Assembly (NCBI RefSeq): GCF_031769215.1
Contig: NW_026782056.1
Location: 62,001-126,000, forward strand
Direction of reading: 5' to 3'
DNA: 64,000 bases
DNA from: Ylistrum balloti
Lineage: Eukaryota
Shown here piece after piece: positions 48,798-62,900 of the stretch. Below the pieces are notes generated by a model. That model ran no database searches, was not told the DNA's origin, and saw only the letters and a program-made list of their open reading frames with translations. Numbering within the stretch: the first letter of the stretch is position 1; every line of letters begins with the position of its first letter. A program made the translations under genes and the position numbers.

Positions 48798-49590
48798 TTA
48801 TAATCGGATTGCTACACACAGACCGGAGATGTCTGTTGTGGCTTTAAATTTTGCTTGGTTTATGCCTGATTCGATGAACTGTGCCTTGCAGATTCTGTGC
48901 AAAACACACTGCATTTTCATGTCCTAATTAAAAGTTGGTATTTGTTCTGTAGAAAGTAAAGGCTAATCGAATGTATGAGGCGCCGAGATATACCAGTTGT
49001 TGAAAAGGCGTGCATTTCTTTCGTTAATCACAGCTGAGTTCTGCGTATAATCATATACATGGTGTGTCCCTGCCACAACTAATGACTGGGTAAGTCAACG
49101 AGTCATACATCTTCTACTTAAGTACGAATGCAATTTTCGCTTGCTCAGAGTCTGTGTAGAGGATGGAACATTGTACAGTAAAATAACTGTCATTAAAGAA
49201 GACCCAGCACAAACTTTATTTGAAATTGTCCTACTTCCAAACGGTCCCAAAACTAACCTTCAAATCAAATTTGATTCTGTCATAATTGCAACTGCGGCGC
49301 CCTCCAAATTCCCCGTAATGACATTGATACATTCGTCCCCGCTTGTCTCAAATATCTCTGTTGTTTTCATAAACAAGCTAACACACTCCTGCTCACATCG
49401 TGCTACAAGCTATAAAATCCCTCTATATGCTAGAATCTGCTCTGATGTAAATAAATGGCTTGGAATTTCTCTTATTTTTTCCAACATTCCGTTCGGATTC
49501 ATTAGATTGTTGAGCAATCTATACGAACGGATTGAATCCAGGCCTTACGTAATTGTTCTTTATATTCAAACATGTAATTTCCAACAATAA
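48798..49590 (-). pseudogene. Decayed coding sequence of unidentified family
   Basis: The minus frame 49544-48798 spans 249 codons with only 5 internal stops and a protein-like composition. It extends upstream through one frameshift. The plus ORF 49141..49590 looks like its antisense shadow. Confidence 0.5.
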
Positions 49591-51490
49591 CTAGGTTCTC
49601 ATTTATCCTTCCTCAGCTTTATTTAGAAAGAACATTACAAATAAAAGCATTATTTGACAGAAATGACATATTTTCATCGCGTATTTTTAGCATAAATATT
49701 TTGTAATTCTTAGCTTGTTTTGAAATGTGCTATTCACATGTGTGTCATTTTTACAATCTTGAACCGTATTTTGCGATGTAAATTAGATTATTTTGACATT
49801 AAGTTTAACACGAAATTCGTTTATCATTAGGCCGACTGGAAAAGCAGGTCAGTAACTGATGTGAGTGAAAACAACATCATTCCCTTAGAATCGATTCCAC
49901 GTGAAAATAAATACAAATTTCTGTATGGTATAATTAAGATATTGGCATGTCGATAATGATGTTTTGGTGTCCCAACTGGCCTAGTATGGTGAGTTTAACT
50001 CGATATACAGGATATTACCTCCCGTGAGGGATGTCCCTTAAAACTCGATACAACATATTTGCAGTAGATGGATGGAGCAAGTTGTTAGATCTGGAGTTCG
50101 TTTTCTGTCCTAGTAACTCTCCTACATACACAATCGTTTCTATCCTTTCTTAGATTTAATCTGTCAAAGTTTACTGAATTGCCGTTAAACAGTTTAGGAC
50201 ACAATTACTTCTTGGACTCAAGCTCTCGTCCTGTTTATATCTGTGGAAGAATTTTTCATTTCATTACAGTTTTATCACATTTCAAGAATAGGTGAGATTC
50301 TTATTTCGTAACTTGGCAAGCGTCAGCAACAACATAATTTATTTCCCAAATCAATTTTTCACACAATTTATAAAGATTCGTAGTCTCGTGGCAGGCACAG
50401 ATAATGGAGGAAGAGGCTCTTTTTCTGATTGACGTACATTCGAAGCTTTCCGTTTTGTTGTTCAAGTTACTGTGTAGGATCACCTGCTGTATTTCCTTCA
50501 AGGAATGCTGTCACAACGAAAATTAATTGCTTTGATTGTTGGAATCAATCTCAGTGATATGACTTAAAGTTTCGTTCACTGTCTACTTACTCCGCCCTTG
50601 AGCTTAGCTAAACCAATCAGAAAGCATCAAACAGTAGGTTACATCCAAATGATCACCCGGGACCTACATCTTTAGAAACGTCTTGACGTAAGTGTCGACT
50701 CAGCTTAACAGTATCAATACTAACTCAGACGTAATCAAGATCTACAGACAATAAAGGTAAGTTTCTGAAATTGTTTTCAGAAAGGTTTAACACAGGAATT
50801 ATAAGCTAGGATAATGTACCTAAGGCAACTAAATTATTATATTTCCGTTGATGAGAGGCATTGTAGGCGTTTGTTTGCTATATTAAGGACAATATGACTG
50901 ATAAGCCTTGATTCAAATACGATTTTTCGCGTGTTCATGTATAGTTTCGTCTATGGGTCGTGTAAAATGAAATGTTACTAGGTACTTAAGTGATTTCAGT
51001 CTACGACTTTATTTGAAGGTAAAACTTTTCGTGGTGGACATTACCTAATTATGCACAAGATTTTCCAGATAACCCTTTCATTTTAGTAATTGTAAGTGCA
51101 ATCTCTTAACTCTCTACAAAGTATAGGGTACTGTGGAAGATGATGATTTCCGGTCTCTAACCAGTGCTCAACGACAGAACAAATGGTAACACCATCTTAA
51201 GGCTTTGTGTCACTGGTCCTTGTTTACATTAGCGAACAATACCTTCTGTGTGTCATTAGTAAGTTTAATGACACATTGAAGACTACTTGATATGAACATG
51301 TTTCGGTCGAAGAAAAAAGGACTGTATCGATATTGTATGCGGTCATGAACAACATTCACCATATATTTTATACCATAATGGTACGTTGTGGTATGGCTGT
51401 CATGATATGTTATTGTTATTTGTCATCGATTACAAACAATGTTTTTGCGGATAATTTTTATTGAAAAAACACATTGCACCATATAACTGT

Positions 51491-51670
51491 TAGGAACTTG
51501 GACATTTCAATACGTTTATGTCAGAGGATTTGTAATAGGAACTTGGACATTTCAATACGTTTATGTCAGAGGATTTGTAATAGGAACTTGGACATTTCAA
51601 TACGTTTATGTCAGAGGATTTGTAATAGGAACTTGGACATTTCAATACGTTTATGTCAGAGGATTTGTAA
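51491..51670. repeat. 45-bp tandem repeat, 4 identical copies (TAGGAACTTGGACATTTCAATACGTTTATGTCAGAGGATTTGTAA)
   Basis: Read directly; source of ORFs 51474..51743 and 51490..51771. Confidence 0.97.
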
Positions 51671-54600
51671 TCTATTATACGATTCACTGAGTAAGTGTGA
51701 TATTGTTTTGTCCGTTTCGCCGACATATGTTGCCTCTTCCTGATTCTGTTACATTCTATTAGTGTGTCCACCTGTGGTCATACGCCTGGATGTAATTGTG
51801 CCCAGACAGTATACTGTAACTAAATCGCATTTCGTCTCCATCCTCCGGGTCAATTAGTCTGTTCATGACAAAAGAATAATACAATTTGGATAGACATATT
51901 TCGACCAATCCTGTAACTGACTATTTGTCCGAATACCATTTAAAGGACAATGAAATTTCATATATATTTCTATTAATATGTATAACATTCTGATGGAACG
52001 ATTCTTGTTTTTTCCTGCAAGTCTTGATCAGATTGACGTGTACTTCAGACCCACTGTTTTCCAATCGTAAAATACAACCTTTAAGACAGCTGTAATATAG
52101 ACTATCTCGCGTCAACATTATATTCACACCTTTTGTTAAGGTAAAATTACTATTCTCAAATAGCCATGTTATCTCTAGACCACTTTGGAACCACTGGAGG
52201 AGCTCCTACGTGTATCTTAATGCCCATCCACCAGCATTACATGATAAACAGAACTAATTACATAGAGATGAACATGCAGATACGTAAATGTTTAAATCAT
52301 ATCTTATTTCATAGACCGGACCATCATACTTCCGCGTAAGCAATAGCAGGCTTTCCTTCTAAGATGACCAAGCGAATGGCAAATTCTCGTTTACTGAAAG
52401 GTAGTCTCGATGCCAGTATTTTTCTATACTCTCGTCTCAGCGTCTAGCTATCCAAGATCAGCATAAATTTCTACTAACTTTAACATAAGAAGTCACCCGA
52501 TAAAATGATGCATGGCTTTCAAGATTTTGACAAATCATTGAACCAACTGTGGGTTTTTTTCCAATATCTGCATCCTTGTGAACCGCTGATGTTCGTAATA
52601 CCTCGAAGCGTTTTTAAGTAATTTAACGGAAGGATAAATGTCGACAGTTATGATGGTCGGGATATTGGATATTTTGTGTTGGCGAAGGAGATAAGATATC
52701 ATGTGATGCTGATTTGATAGTCGTAGGATTTTCATTTCAGAACTGTTATTAAAAAGCTGTAGAAAAAGCAATAGTCATGCCACTGTTCGATTGTCATGTT
52801 GCTAAGAATTAGAGTAACTGATCCTAGTGTGAGGTGAGGAGTTTCAATAGCATGGCTCTTATGAGGTCGACACTCGGTCTTGGGAGAATCTTATTTCCAA
52901 TGTAAATCTTAGCTGTGTATTTCATGAAAAGAAAACACAAATACTGGGATGTCGAAATGTACTTACTTCATATGGTAGTAAAGGCATGGCTCAAAACTGT
53001 AAAGGTGTACGTTACCTAGGAAATCTGGATACTGTTATATACTCCATGCTGTATGTATATATGACACTGGTTTGACGATGCTCAATTACTGGTCTACTAA
53101 TTGTAAGGATAGAACAAAAATAACTGATATGTCAACATGGGGATATGTACATGTATGCAAGGATTACAAAGTTTTAATTTTGTATGATTTTGAGTGATTG
53201 TGTTGATTCATTTAATGATTAATATTATAAAGTTCCAGGTGACTCTGTTATACACGTTGAGGGAGAAGGCATGTAAAGGTTTTGTCTGCCGGCTAATTCC
53301 TAATTAATCAAATTGATTTAACAACATATTTGTAAAATGAAATGAAGTTTTTACATCATTTAGAAACAATAGCCAAGGACAAAATCATATCTTAACACAA
53401 TGACAGAAACCTGTACTACACTATTTGATTCGGAAGCACTATTGCTATCCGAAGCCATCTATCACTGTTGTAATTTACAAAATATATCTTATGTTCTATA
53501 TATATTAAACCGCTGTCAATATTTTGCTCGTAATATTTGCAGTATTTCTATTTAGGTTCTTTTCCTTTATTTAATATCCATTTCAGTTTTTATTTCTCTG
53601 GGACACAATGGGATCTGGGGTTTACTAGCTTTACACAGTGGTGAGACCGCAAGATATCGGTTATAGCAACTTTAAATAGGCATTTAAAATGCTGATGACT
53701 TAATTGTGAAAAAAATTCAGATAGTTTCGTCAGGAGAACACATGTAAATATGGATAACAACCGTAACGGCGAGAAACGCAAACAACTTTCATATCATCAC
53801 AAGAAACATTGGCAAGAAAGAAATACTGCCGTCACAATACACGACAACACACTGTTATATATTGTTGACAGTATATGAAACCAACAGCCCGATACTTTTA
53901 CCTAACACTTGATATTGATGGCTTTCTACGTTGTCATAGTTTTATAACCCAACCTCAAACGGTAGAATTTATTCCGATCAGAACTCTGTAAAAGTGAGTC
54001 TTGGTATGAGAACAATAATACTTTCTGCTCTTACGTTAATATCGCTGTGTTGTACAGTCAAGAATGGTCACTGTAAAGAGTAAGAGCCTTCGTGTGAAGT
54101 GATTGACCCCTCCTCAAACAGGATTGTCGTCTAGCAATTGCAAATGAGAGGTTTCTCAGGCACAGAAGGAGGAGAAATATCGACTCTTGTAGATTACTCA
54201 AATGTACTTGATAGCTGAAGCGCTTCTATGATCCGGAATAATTATAATCATTTCCCAAACCCGGTATTGAGGAGAAATTATTTCTCACATAACTGGTGGT
54301 AGCCAGTCACAAATGCCCCGAAACATAACACTGATGATCAACATAAGCTTTGCCGACATGTCCTGTAATATTTATGTCTTTAGGTGATTGCAAAAGCACA
54401 TTCGTGAGACGAAAGCATGAGTAGTCATTAGCTTGATAAAGTATGCTAACAGTATCTTTATAAGAAGGCATGAGGGATCGCCTCTCAAATCAGCTCAATG
54501 CAAAGAGAATGATAATTAATTAGTATACATGTACGTGAAAAACAACACGTGTTGGATTACGCTCCCGTTGAATATCTGATTTATTTATTGATGTGCAATT

Positions 54601-55429
54601 TTGAGATTCAAATCGTGACGGTTGATGTTTACTTTATGTGATGTCTGTTTTTGTTTTTTGTTGTTGTTTTTTTTTTTCATTTGAATGCTTTTCAGCATGC
54701 ATGGTAAATAGAAATTTTGAACAAAATGCTAGTCCATGAAGGCTTTATTTTTATTTAATGGATAACATTTGGCGCGTTTTTCAGAAATTTGGTCTTTTTC
54801 TTAACTTGAAATGCGTCATGGTCACAACCATTTATTTATCATTGTTGTCAAGGCTGTAATAATAGATTCTGTTAACTAGTTTCAGGTCAAGGTTTTCTCC
54901 TTACTTGTTTCTGGGTGAAAATATGTACAACAATGATAAGGAACTCAGAGTATAACGGACTTAATCTTACACGGAACACAAACATTTTCCTATTCAAATG
55001 ACGTGTTCATACCATGACATATACATGTATACTTTTGTAGTGATTTTTCGTTGCGCCTGAAAATTGTATCGTTAAACGTCATCTGTTGTAGTTCTAATAC
55101 ATTACAAACGATAGCACAACCCGTGCCGGCGAATTCTCCCCTAGGACGTCACGTCGCTCTATATAGCTGATACTAAATTGTACATTGATTCCGTTTTTCG
55201 TGCTACAGAAGTAAACAGTATTGACGTATAACATATCAAATTAACTGATCAATGCCTGTTGATTTGTATAAATTCTCGGAAAATTACACTAAGCAACGCC
55301 GATATGTTGACAGGCCATGCGTAATGTGACACCGAGCGTAAATTTTAGAACATCACCAATCAACACATCAGCTTGCTCTGAGACTCGCCCCCGGACGTGT
55401 CGTTGAATCAAAACAAGTCAAGAAAAAAC

Positions 55430-56015
55430 AATTATAGCACCATAATCATAATCCAAACTCAACATATATAAAACTAGGGTAAGCTATGAACAAAAGAAAG
55501 ATTAACGCGCAGACTCTCAAAAATGACAAGAAAAATACGACCAGGTGTTCCGAAAGAACAAACGCCTGCTTCATTGCCGACACCCGTCTTGTAAATCTTG
55601 GTCAATCCAAGTAAGTAATGTCAAGTTATCAAATGAGAACAATGTATACAACAACGGAACCAACAAGCAAGCTAACTAGCATCTAACAAGCCCAGCTTCT
55701 TATCGCACAAAGAAACGTAATATTTCTCAATGAGGTCAGTACGGCGACCATAAAACGTCCCCATGATTTCAATCAACCTTCATCTTTTGAACCATTGTTT
55801 ACGAGCTTGTCCATCAGTTGACGAAAATCGTGATAACTTGATCAGATCCTTCAATATCGAATCAACTGTAGCATGTAAATACCATAGGTTGGAGATGCAC
55901 GAATATTGCTATTCAGAAATTGAAAATTCACAATAGGGAAAATTAAGTCATCACGTTTATCATTCAGCTTGGTGGAAAGCTGTCCATGTTGGTTTCGTTG
56001 TAGGAATTGGAAGTC
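55430..56015 (-). mobile_element. Decayed Penelope-like retroelement 3' portion (RT C-terminus plus terminal repeat)
   Basis: Minus strand reads HGQLSTKLNDKRDDLIFPIVNFQFLNSNIRASPTYGIYMLQLIRY*...YHDF...RFYGRRTDLIEKY. It is followed by GACGGGTGTCGGCAATGAAGCAGG...TTCGGAACACCTG, typical of mollusc PLE terminal repeats. Confidence 0.88.
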
Positions 56016-58308
56016 TTTTTAATAAAAAAAAAAAGCTACAGTATAGTTTATAACCATATATTTATACCGCAATTCAAATTTCTTTGAGAAGAACGCTCTC
56101 ATAACAAGAAAACGAAGGCGTTCCTTCAATATAGAATGGGATATGGTGGTGTTCAGGGTGGAAAAATCAAATGTTCTTACAGGAGAAATGTTTTTTTAAA
56201 GAGGGTGTTGAAGATTGGTTCAAAGCTCTTTGGATTTCTTCAAACATCAGGATGATGACAAATCGTGATAAGCTGTGACGTTGGGCGGAGCTGGATTAAA
56301 AGACAAGTTCAAGTACGTAAAGTACGTAGGAGTTAAACTAAAGGAAACACCAGTGAAGTAAAGTGTATACTTTGATAGCGTTTAGAATACAAGGGATGTA
56401 TTGGAGCCATGGAATCATTTTTATTGCTTCACCCTTTCGTGCAGGAGGTCAATTCAAATCGTGATTTAATGAAATAATTTAAATCCATAAAACTTATGAG
56501 CTGCTTTGTTCTCACGTTTAAAAACAATTAACACTTAATATGATTCATGCTTTATGGCATTATATTTAAACAAAAGAAAATCAAATCGTCGGCATCAGGA
56601 AATGTCAATTGATATTAAGATATTGGTTGTACATTCTTGTATGACTTATTCGTGAAGTTTGGCAGGCTTGCTTGATTTCATTATGTGTTGAACTCAAGTA
56701 GGCGTATATCCACAGTTACTTTTGTGTGATACTGTACACTGTATTTACCAGAAACAATGGCACTATGCCTTCATAGGTAGTGGTAGATAGCGTCAAACTT
56801 AACATTCCAAAAATGTGTTGAATTCTCTCGTAAATTAATAAAAAAACTAACATTACCACCCAAAGAAATTTAATAATTTTCCCTTAGCAGCAGAAAATCA
56901 CTTTCGTATTCTGAAATTCATTTATAACTACAAATTACTGCAATGGAAATCTGACAATGTTCTTTGGAGAGATATTGTATGAGATATCATCTCCAATAGT
57001 CGCTTTGCTATGTGCACTTTAAGAGAATTTAGAAACATTTCTATGCAAAAGAAATTGAAAATCAAATTGATTTTCCCCAAGAAATGGTTTTATATCTTGC
57101 AACTGGAGTCTTATGGAGCATATGCAGAAATAGAACTTGCTGAACGCATATTAAATTCCCATTCATACACGTTATTATCACCCGAGTGCTTGAATTTCAT
57201 GCTGAACGGTCGGAAATGTCAAGGGTTGTACGGGGCGTTCTGTAAGGTAATCTATTAATGAAACGGACTTTCTTAATTGATTTTGTAATGCTTCTAATTT
57301 AATCTATACAGAAAAAAATATTACGCAGCACTCGCACAGCTAATTGAAGTGAATCATAGATTTATCTAGAACATATATACAACCGAGAAGATAAAAAAAA
57401 AAGTGCTGTTTACTTTATACTTAGCACTATCATTGAAGTTTTCAATAATCGACGAAAAACCATTATTTTTGTCATTGTTTATTATTCAATTGCGAAATAA
57501 ACAGGGTATGATTAGGAGAAAATTTAATATAAAAGTAAAATTTATATTGCCTTTTTGAGTTATTGTGTTTAGTTGTGTCATTTCATCACAAACAGTTTTG
57601 GTTACCATTCAGCCATCACTTATCCGGTTGTATCGCTAGAAATGTCAACACTACTCCTGAAAATCTATTGATTATCATAACACATCTGGTTGTTCCACTA
57701 TCAAATCGCTGTTCTGGTTATCTCAATAGTTAAATCACTAAACCGCTTGTAGTATCATTACGTCGTCTTTAATTCGATATTGCTACCATCTACCTGTAAT
57801 CTGTTTGTTTCAGCATGAAGATGACATTTCCATTAGCCATACACAACTTATCCGGCTGTACTACCATGAAAGCACAGTTAATCCGTTCTTTCTACTAGCA
57901 ATAGACCACTTATCCAGTTGTACAATCACCGATCTTACCATACCGATCTTTCTGCAAGTTGTTCATCACTTATGCATTTGTACCTTCATGCGGCTGCCTT
58001 TAATCCAATCTTTGTACTATATATCCACCACTAGTCAGGGTTTTTTATATATAAATCGGTCACACTATTGTATAAGGAAAACATATTTGCTGACTGATCT
58101 GTTTGAAGAAATCTCTATCTAGTCAGTCATCCACTACAACACTTGTAAAACATAATGATTGGACCCTATTACACAGGTTAGATGAAAACAGATTTTGTGG
58201 TGTTTAACTAGACATTAACAGATATTAACTATCTGTTTGGAGTTCCTGTTCGAAGACAGAGACAAGAATGTCGCATGGCATAGTAGTTGATACAAACTTA
58301 TTATTCAC

Positions 58309-58715
58309 TTATTATCCCCCGCGGCGGGGGTATTCATATGTGTTCCGTCCGTCTTTCCGTCCGTCTTTCCGTCTTACCGTCCGTCACTCTGAGAAATCTT
58401 TCTGCACATTATCTCATGAAGGAATGATAAGATTTTTAGAAAATTTGCTCTGTAGAATTATTACCGTAATTCCTTGTTCAGGTTCGATTATCGGCAAATC
58501 ATATGTACATTTTATGAGACTGCTGTGACCTGATTGGCTGATATCTTTCGGCACCTTAACTGAATACTTTCCGCACGTTATCTTTTGAAGGAACAAATTA
58601 ACTATGATGAGACTTTCCTGGTAGAATTACCGTAACCCCTTATTCAAGTGTGATTATTGGCAGATTTTGCGTTCATTTAATGCAGTGACCTGATTGGCTG
58701 ATATCTTTTCCAGTT
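58309..58715 (+). mobile_element. HINE/DINE-1/pearl-like non-autonomous element, 3'-truncated
   Basis: TTATTAT start, perfect hairpin CCCCCGC-G-GCGGGGG (58316-58330), TCCGTCCGTC microsatellite (58341-58385), then two ~165-170 bp core repeats each ending GTGACCTGATTGGCTGATATCTTT. Confidence 0.75.
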
Positions 58716-59884
58716 TTCCATGTTGCCCACTTTAAATGTATATATATTTGACAAATGAACATGGGCAGGGGATCTTGATGGCTATGTCCTTGGTCATACT
58801 TACAATGAGACCAATTTATCTTTTTTTTTCATTCATCACAATGAAGTACAGAAAATTGCCTACCGACAATGTGAATGTATATTTATTTAATATATGTGAA
58901 CGGAATTTAGCGCAAACACGAATCAAATCACCTTGCAAAATTAAGCATTTACAGAAATACCCTCCTCTGTTAGTGCAATGATTTCTTTTTTTTTTATGAC
59001 TCAAATTTCTATGGTTTGATGGATATCTCACCAACGTCATGAAATCGACTACTATTTTTCGTTTCTAATTTGCATTGCCTTTTATATAGATTTATATTCG
59101 ATCCCCGAAAAATGAAAAAAATAATAAGATCATAAAAACCTCAAAGATTACAATTTAAAAGGACTTGTAACACATACAACAAACATAACTATTTCAGAGA
59201 TTAAAATTGATTGAATACTTGGTTAATACCATATATTTATACAATGAACATTTTCATCGTTTGTGCCTTATAGTGATTTCACCTTACTCACCACTGTTGA
59301 AGATAGTTCATCGATAACACTGACTGATTTGAAATAGTTTACTAATTTAATTGATATTGAACTGGATGTCATTAGTTATCTAACACACAACGTGTTGCTT
59401 TGCCTCTCGTCTTGTACTAGATCGTGCTTACATACGGTATCTATGCTTGTCAACAAACAATGGCTATTACTGCTGTACAAGGCCGTTCTGTCACGAAAAT
59501 CCATAGCTCCCTAATCATTAAATCATTATGCTTTCCATCCAAATGGTATTTTCTATCTAATGCTCTCTTCAAAGATACTGGGCTAGGCTAGAGCCTCGAT
59601 ACGCTGTAGTTACCGAACATTATCATTCGATTTCTCACGTTTATTTGGTATCTTTATAAGAATAGACAACACTGATGTTTCAATGCTAGATCATCTAAGT
59701 TAGAAAAAAAAAAAGATGTCCGACACGTCACGTTATTACCAATCACCAAAATGTATCTTGACAATGTCTCATGGATTGTGGAGGGTAAGGATTAGTCAAT
59801 CACGAATATTTATTTGTATTTCGAATACTAATAGATAACTTCAAATGATTTCGTAGAGAAACCCAAAATGTATAAGGAGATTAG

Positions 59885-59965
59885 GCAATGTGTTCCGGAA
59901 TGGTAAGCTCCTTCTGCTTCATCAACCGACACCCGCCATGTAAATATTGGTCAGTTCAAGTATGT
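59885..59965 (-). mobile_element. Solo Penelope-like terminal-repeat remnant
   Basis: Minus strand GACCAATATTTACATGGCGGGTGTCGGTTGATGAAGCAGAAGGAGCTTACCATTCCGGAACAC aligns with the 55545-55610 segment. Confidence 0.7.
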
Positions 59966-62900
59966 AATGTTACGTTCTCAGGTAAGAGCAATGTTATAAA
60001 ATCATATTTGATCTCTCGTTGAAAGCAATTGATCATTAACGTTTCACTGAAAGCACACACAGAAAGTATTTCTTCTAAAAATGATTCATTTTTTATGTGT
60101 AATAAATAATGGCAATTTCTCGAAAGCACCTGTGTCTGTGAGGACGATGTCATTATGAATTTATAATAAATTATATCTCTGTTCAGTTGTGGGAAACGTT
60201 GAATAAGCTTTTAATGCTTGTCGTACTTTATGCTAAAATATCTACGAATCAAAGAGATGATAAGTGATTAAATATAGAGTTATGCTGTCAGTTGTGATTC
60301 TTATCACGTTTTGATCAATAAGCTCAAATTAGCGGAGGTGATATATAGATGTTTGTACTACACTCCCGTAAGGATGTCATTGGCCATATGCTGACATTGA
60401 CTGTCTCTATATGCTAATTTGCTGTATCAATTCGAAGCATGATGTGTTTCTATTTACACAAGGGACACTGAAACAATCCAATAAGACTAGCTGGTATTTA
60501 TTTTTGGATCCTAGTCATACTTCTCCGAGTTACAATGATTTACCCTGTGTTTGCAGATAGTGACCCAATGTTAATACGTATATCGAATTGATCATACCAA
60601 ACATTCTGCAATCTATAAAGAAATGTGGTTGTCTTCATTTCAGGATAACGCTTTTGTGTTAATTACTCTAATGTGATGAATCATTTGTATCAATACAACT
60701 TTTTAAATATATATATTATATAATCAATTTGAACTGCATATCTATATTTTTTAAGCTTCTAATGGTCCTAACTGGCAAATAAGGTTAATCTTCGTTGGGC
60801 TAACGAACGTAAGTGAATATCACTTCCAATATATATTTAGAAGTAGACACAACATAGCGAAATAATAACTTGGACTCGTCAGTTAATCAAGGGATTTAAA
60901 GTATTTATGAGGAAACCTTAATTGGTCGAAATAAAAGACAAAAACTAAATGAAGAGATGCAATAACACAACCATAAAAGGATTTTCGTAAATCTCGATAT
61001 CGAATAAATAAAAAAAATGGAAACATCATGTCAAATTTTCTTTTGTGCCCAAGCTTCCATTATCTGGTCATATCATGTCATAACACGAATCATTTGAGTA
61101 ATGCTGTCACAAAAGCTTACAGTAGTGCTATATGTATTAACAGGAGTTCTTTAAAGGTTGTAATAGAGTGGTCTGTATTATTAGTATGGATACTTTGTCT
61201 AATAGGGTCACTGAATTTTGAAACAAGAAATCATGCTTACAATGCAAGTAAGTTTACCGATTGCTATATTGTTTTGTAACGATTCCTTTAGGAGAGAGAA
61301 TGTACATTTCAGGACACTTCATTACAAACTCTTGTCGAATGCAATCAATGCAGAGCTTGTGTATTATATATGAAATAGATGTTACCCACTGGTTATTGCT
61401 TGCTGTACACATTTTGCCGTGCCTTATTATCGAGTGATGATGGTTTGTGTATTCTGATTTCCTAGTGTCATTCATGAACATCTGATCTGGTGTTTTACAG
61501 GCAAGTTGGCACTGACTTAGACGGCTAACCCAGGACATCAACAAAACCAGCACACATCACGGCAGAGAACAGTGGTACTCATCGACATACAGAAAAGACG
61601 GACACCGGGATACGTCGTTACAAGAACGATTCTTCCCTCAACCCTACGACACAGAGTGGTCATACTGAGCACACGCATTCTAACATTCACAGAAAAACCT
61701 CAATTCCAACTTTTGGTACAGACGTTCTTGATCTTTGTTCTCAGCATGACCTATTTAGTTACCTGAAAAAAAAAAACCAATAAGGTCTGACCATTGAATC
61801 ATTATAGACAATTATGCATATTAGGTTTACTTATTATGGTTAAATGATTACGACCCTGCTGTGTTTATACCTAGCTAGTGTGTCGGGGTAATTAGAAAGT
61901 GAGTCGATGGTATGTTAACAAGATGTCGCTCTATATATCAAGAATCTAAAGAGTGTCCAGATTATCAAGCACACGCTACTTGTTTTACACAACACATTCA
62001 TTGGAAAACCTTTTGTGTACTATATCCTCGGATGTGACAGCAGCTTCTGGTGACACCATTATCAAATGGACTAGTAAACACGTATTAATCCTACGTCATT
62101 TCGCTGGGAAATAAATCGGAAACCTTTTTTTCGCGTCTTAAGTTGAAATTACACAGCGGAAATACGTTATATGTAAAAGCTTTGTGGGTGATGAGATAAA
62201 TTGCAGTCCTATTGAAGGGTATTAGACGGACATTAGTGTACAACTTTGGGGAATCTGTGTCAAGAACTGCAATTTATAGCGTGTTATACCGAGAGACTCT
62301 TACTTACTTTCAAACGCATTTGATGGAATTCCTGATGATCAGATCGATAACGAGGTCATTCTGACGGATTTCACAGTTTGAAAATACCACTCGTTTACAG
62401 TATGCGTGTAGTTCGCGTGACTGTCTTAATTCTTTAACATACAACATTTGCAATGGACATTGTACGGAACCTCAGAAAAATCTGTGATCCTGACGATATT
62501 CGGTCGTTATATATCAGATAAAGACAGTAAAGAGACAATAAAAATATGGGATCATTGTTATGTCTAACATGAAGCTATAAATAAACCCGGAATAAAGTAG
62601 GACTCTTCTGTAAGTGAGTGGTGCCAAGGGTCATCAATGAGAAGAAGTGAAAACGAGCACACGTCTATGTGGGCTTCATTTACACATACATCAACAGGAC
62701 AATATAAACATTAGACAAATTAGCAGGTAAATTCCCAATAATCGATCGTGGAATTATACAGGAAGGACGTGCTTGCATATTTGATTTCACAAAACGGATA
62801 CGCTCCCAGAAGAGAATGGATTGTTTGGCGTCATAGCGTCAAGGCTACTGAACTGACTGGCTCATTTCAGGGAACTTATATTTTATCATATAGACTATCA

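Noticed and set aside
49141-49590. 149-aa plus ORF as a gene
   Set aside because: TTG start and antisense-type composition; better explained as the shadow of the decayed minus-strand frame.
51474-51771. ORFs with 15-aa repeats on both strands
   Set aside because: Translation of the 45-bp tandem repeat.
61254-61553. 99-aa minus ORF with several Cys
   Set aside because: No recognisable RING or other domain spacing, a non-ATG start in the track, and no splice support.
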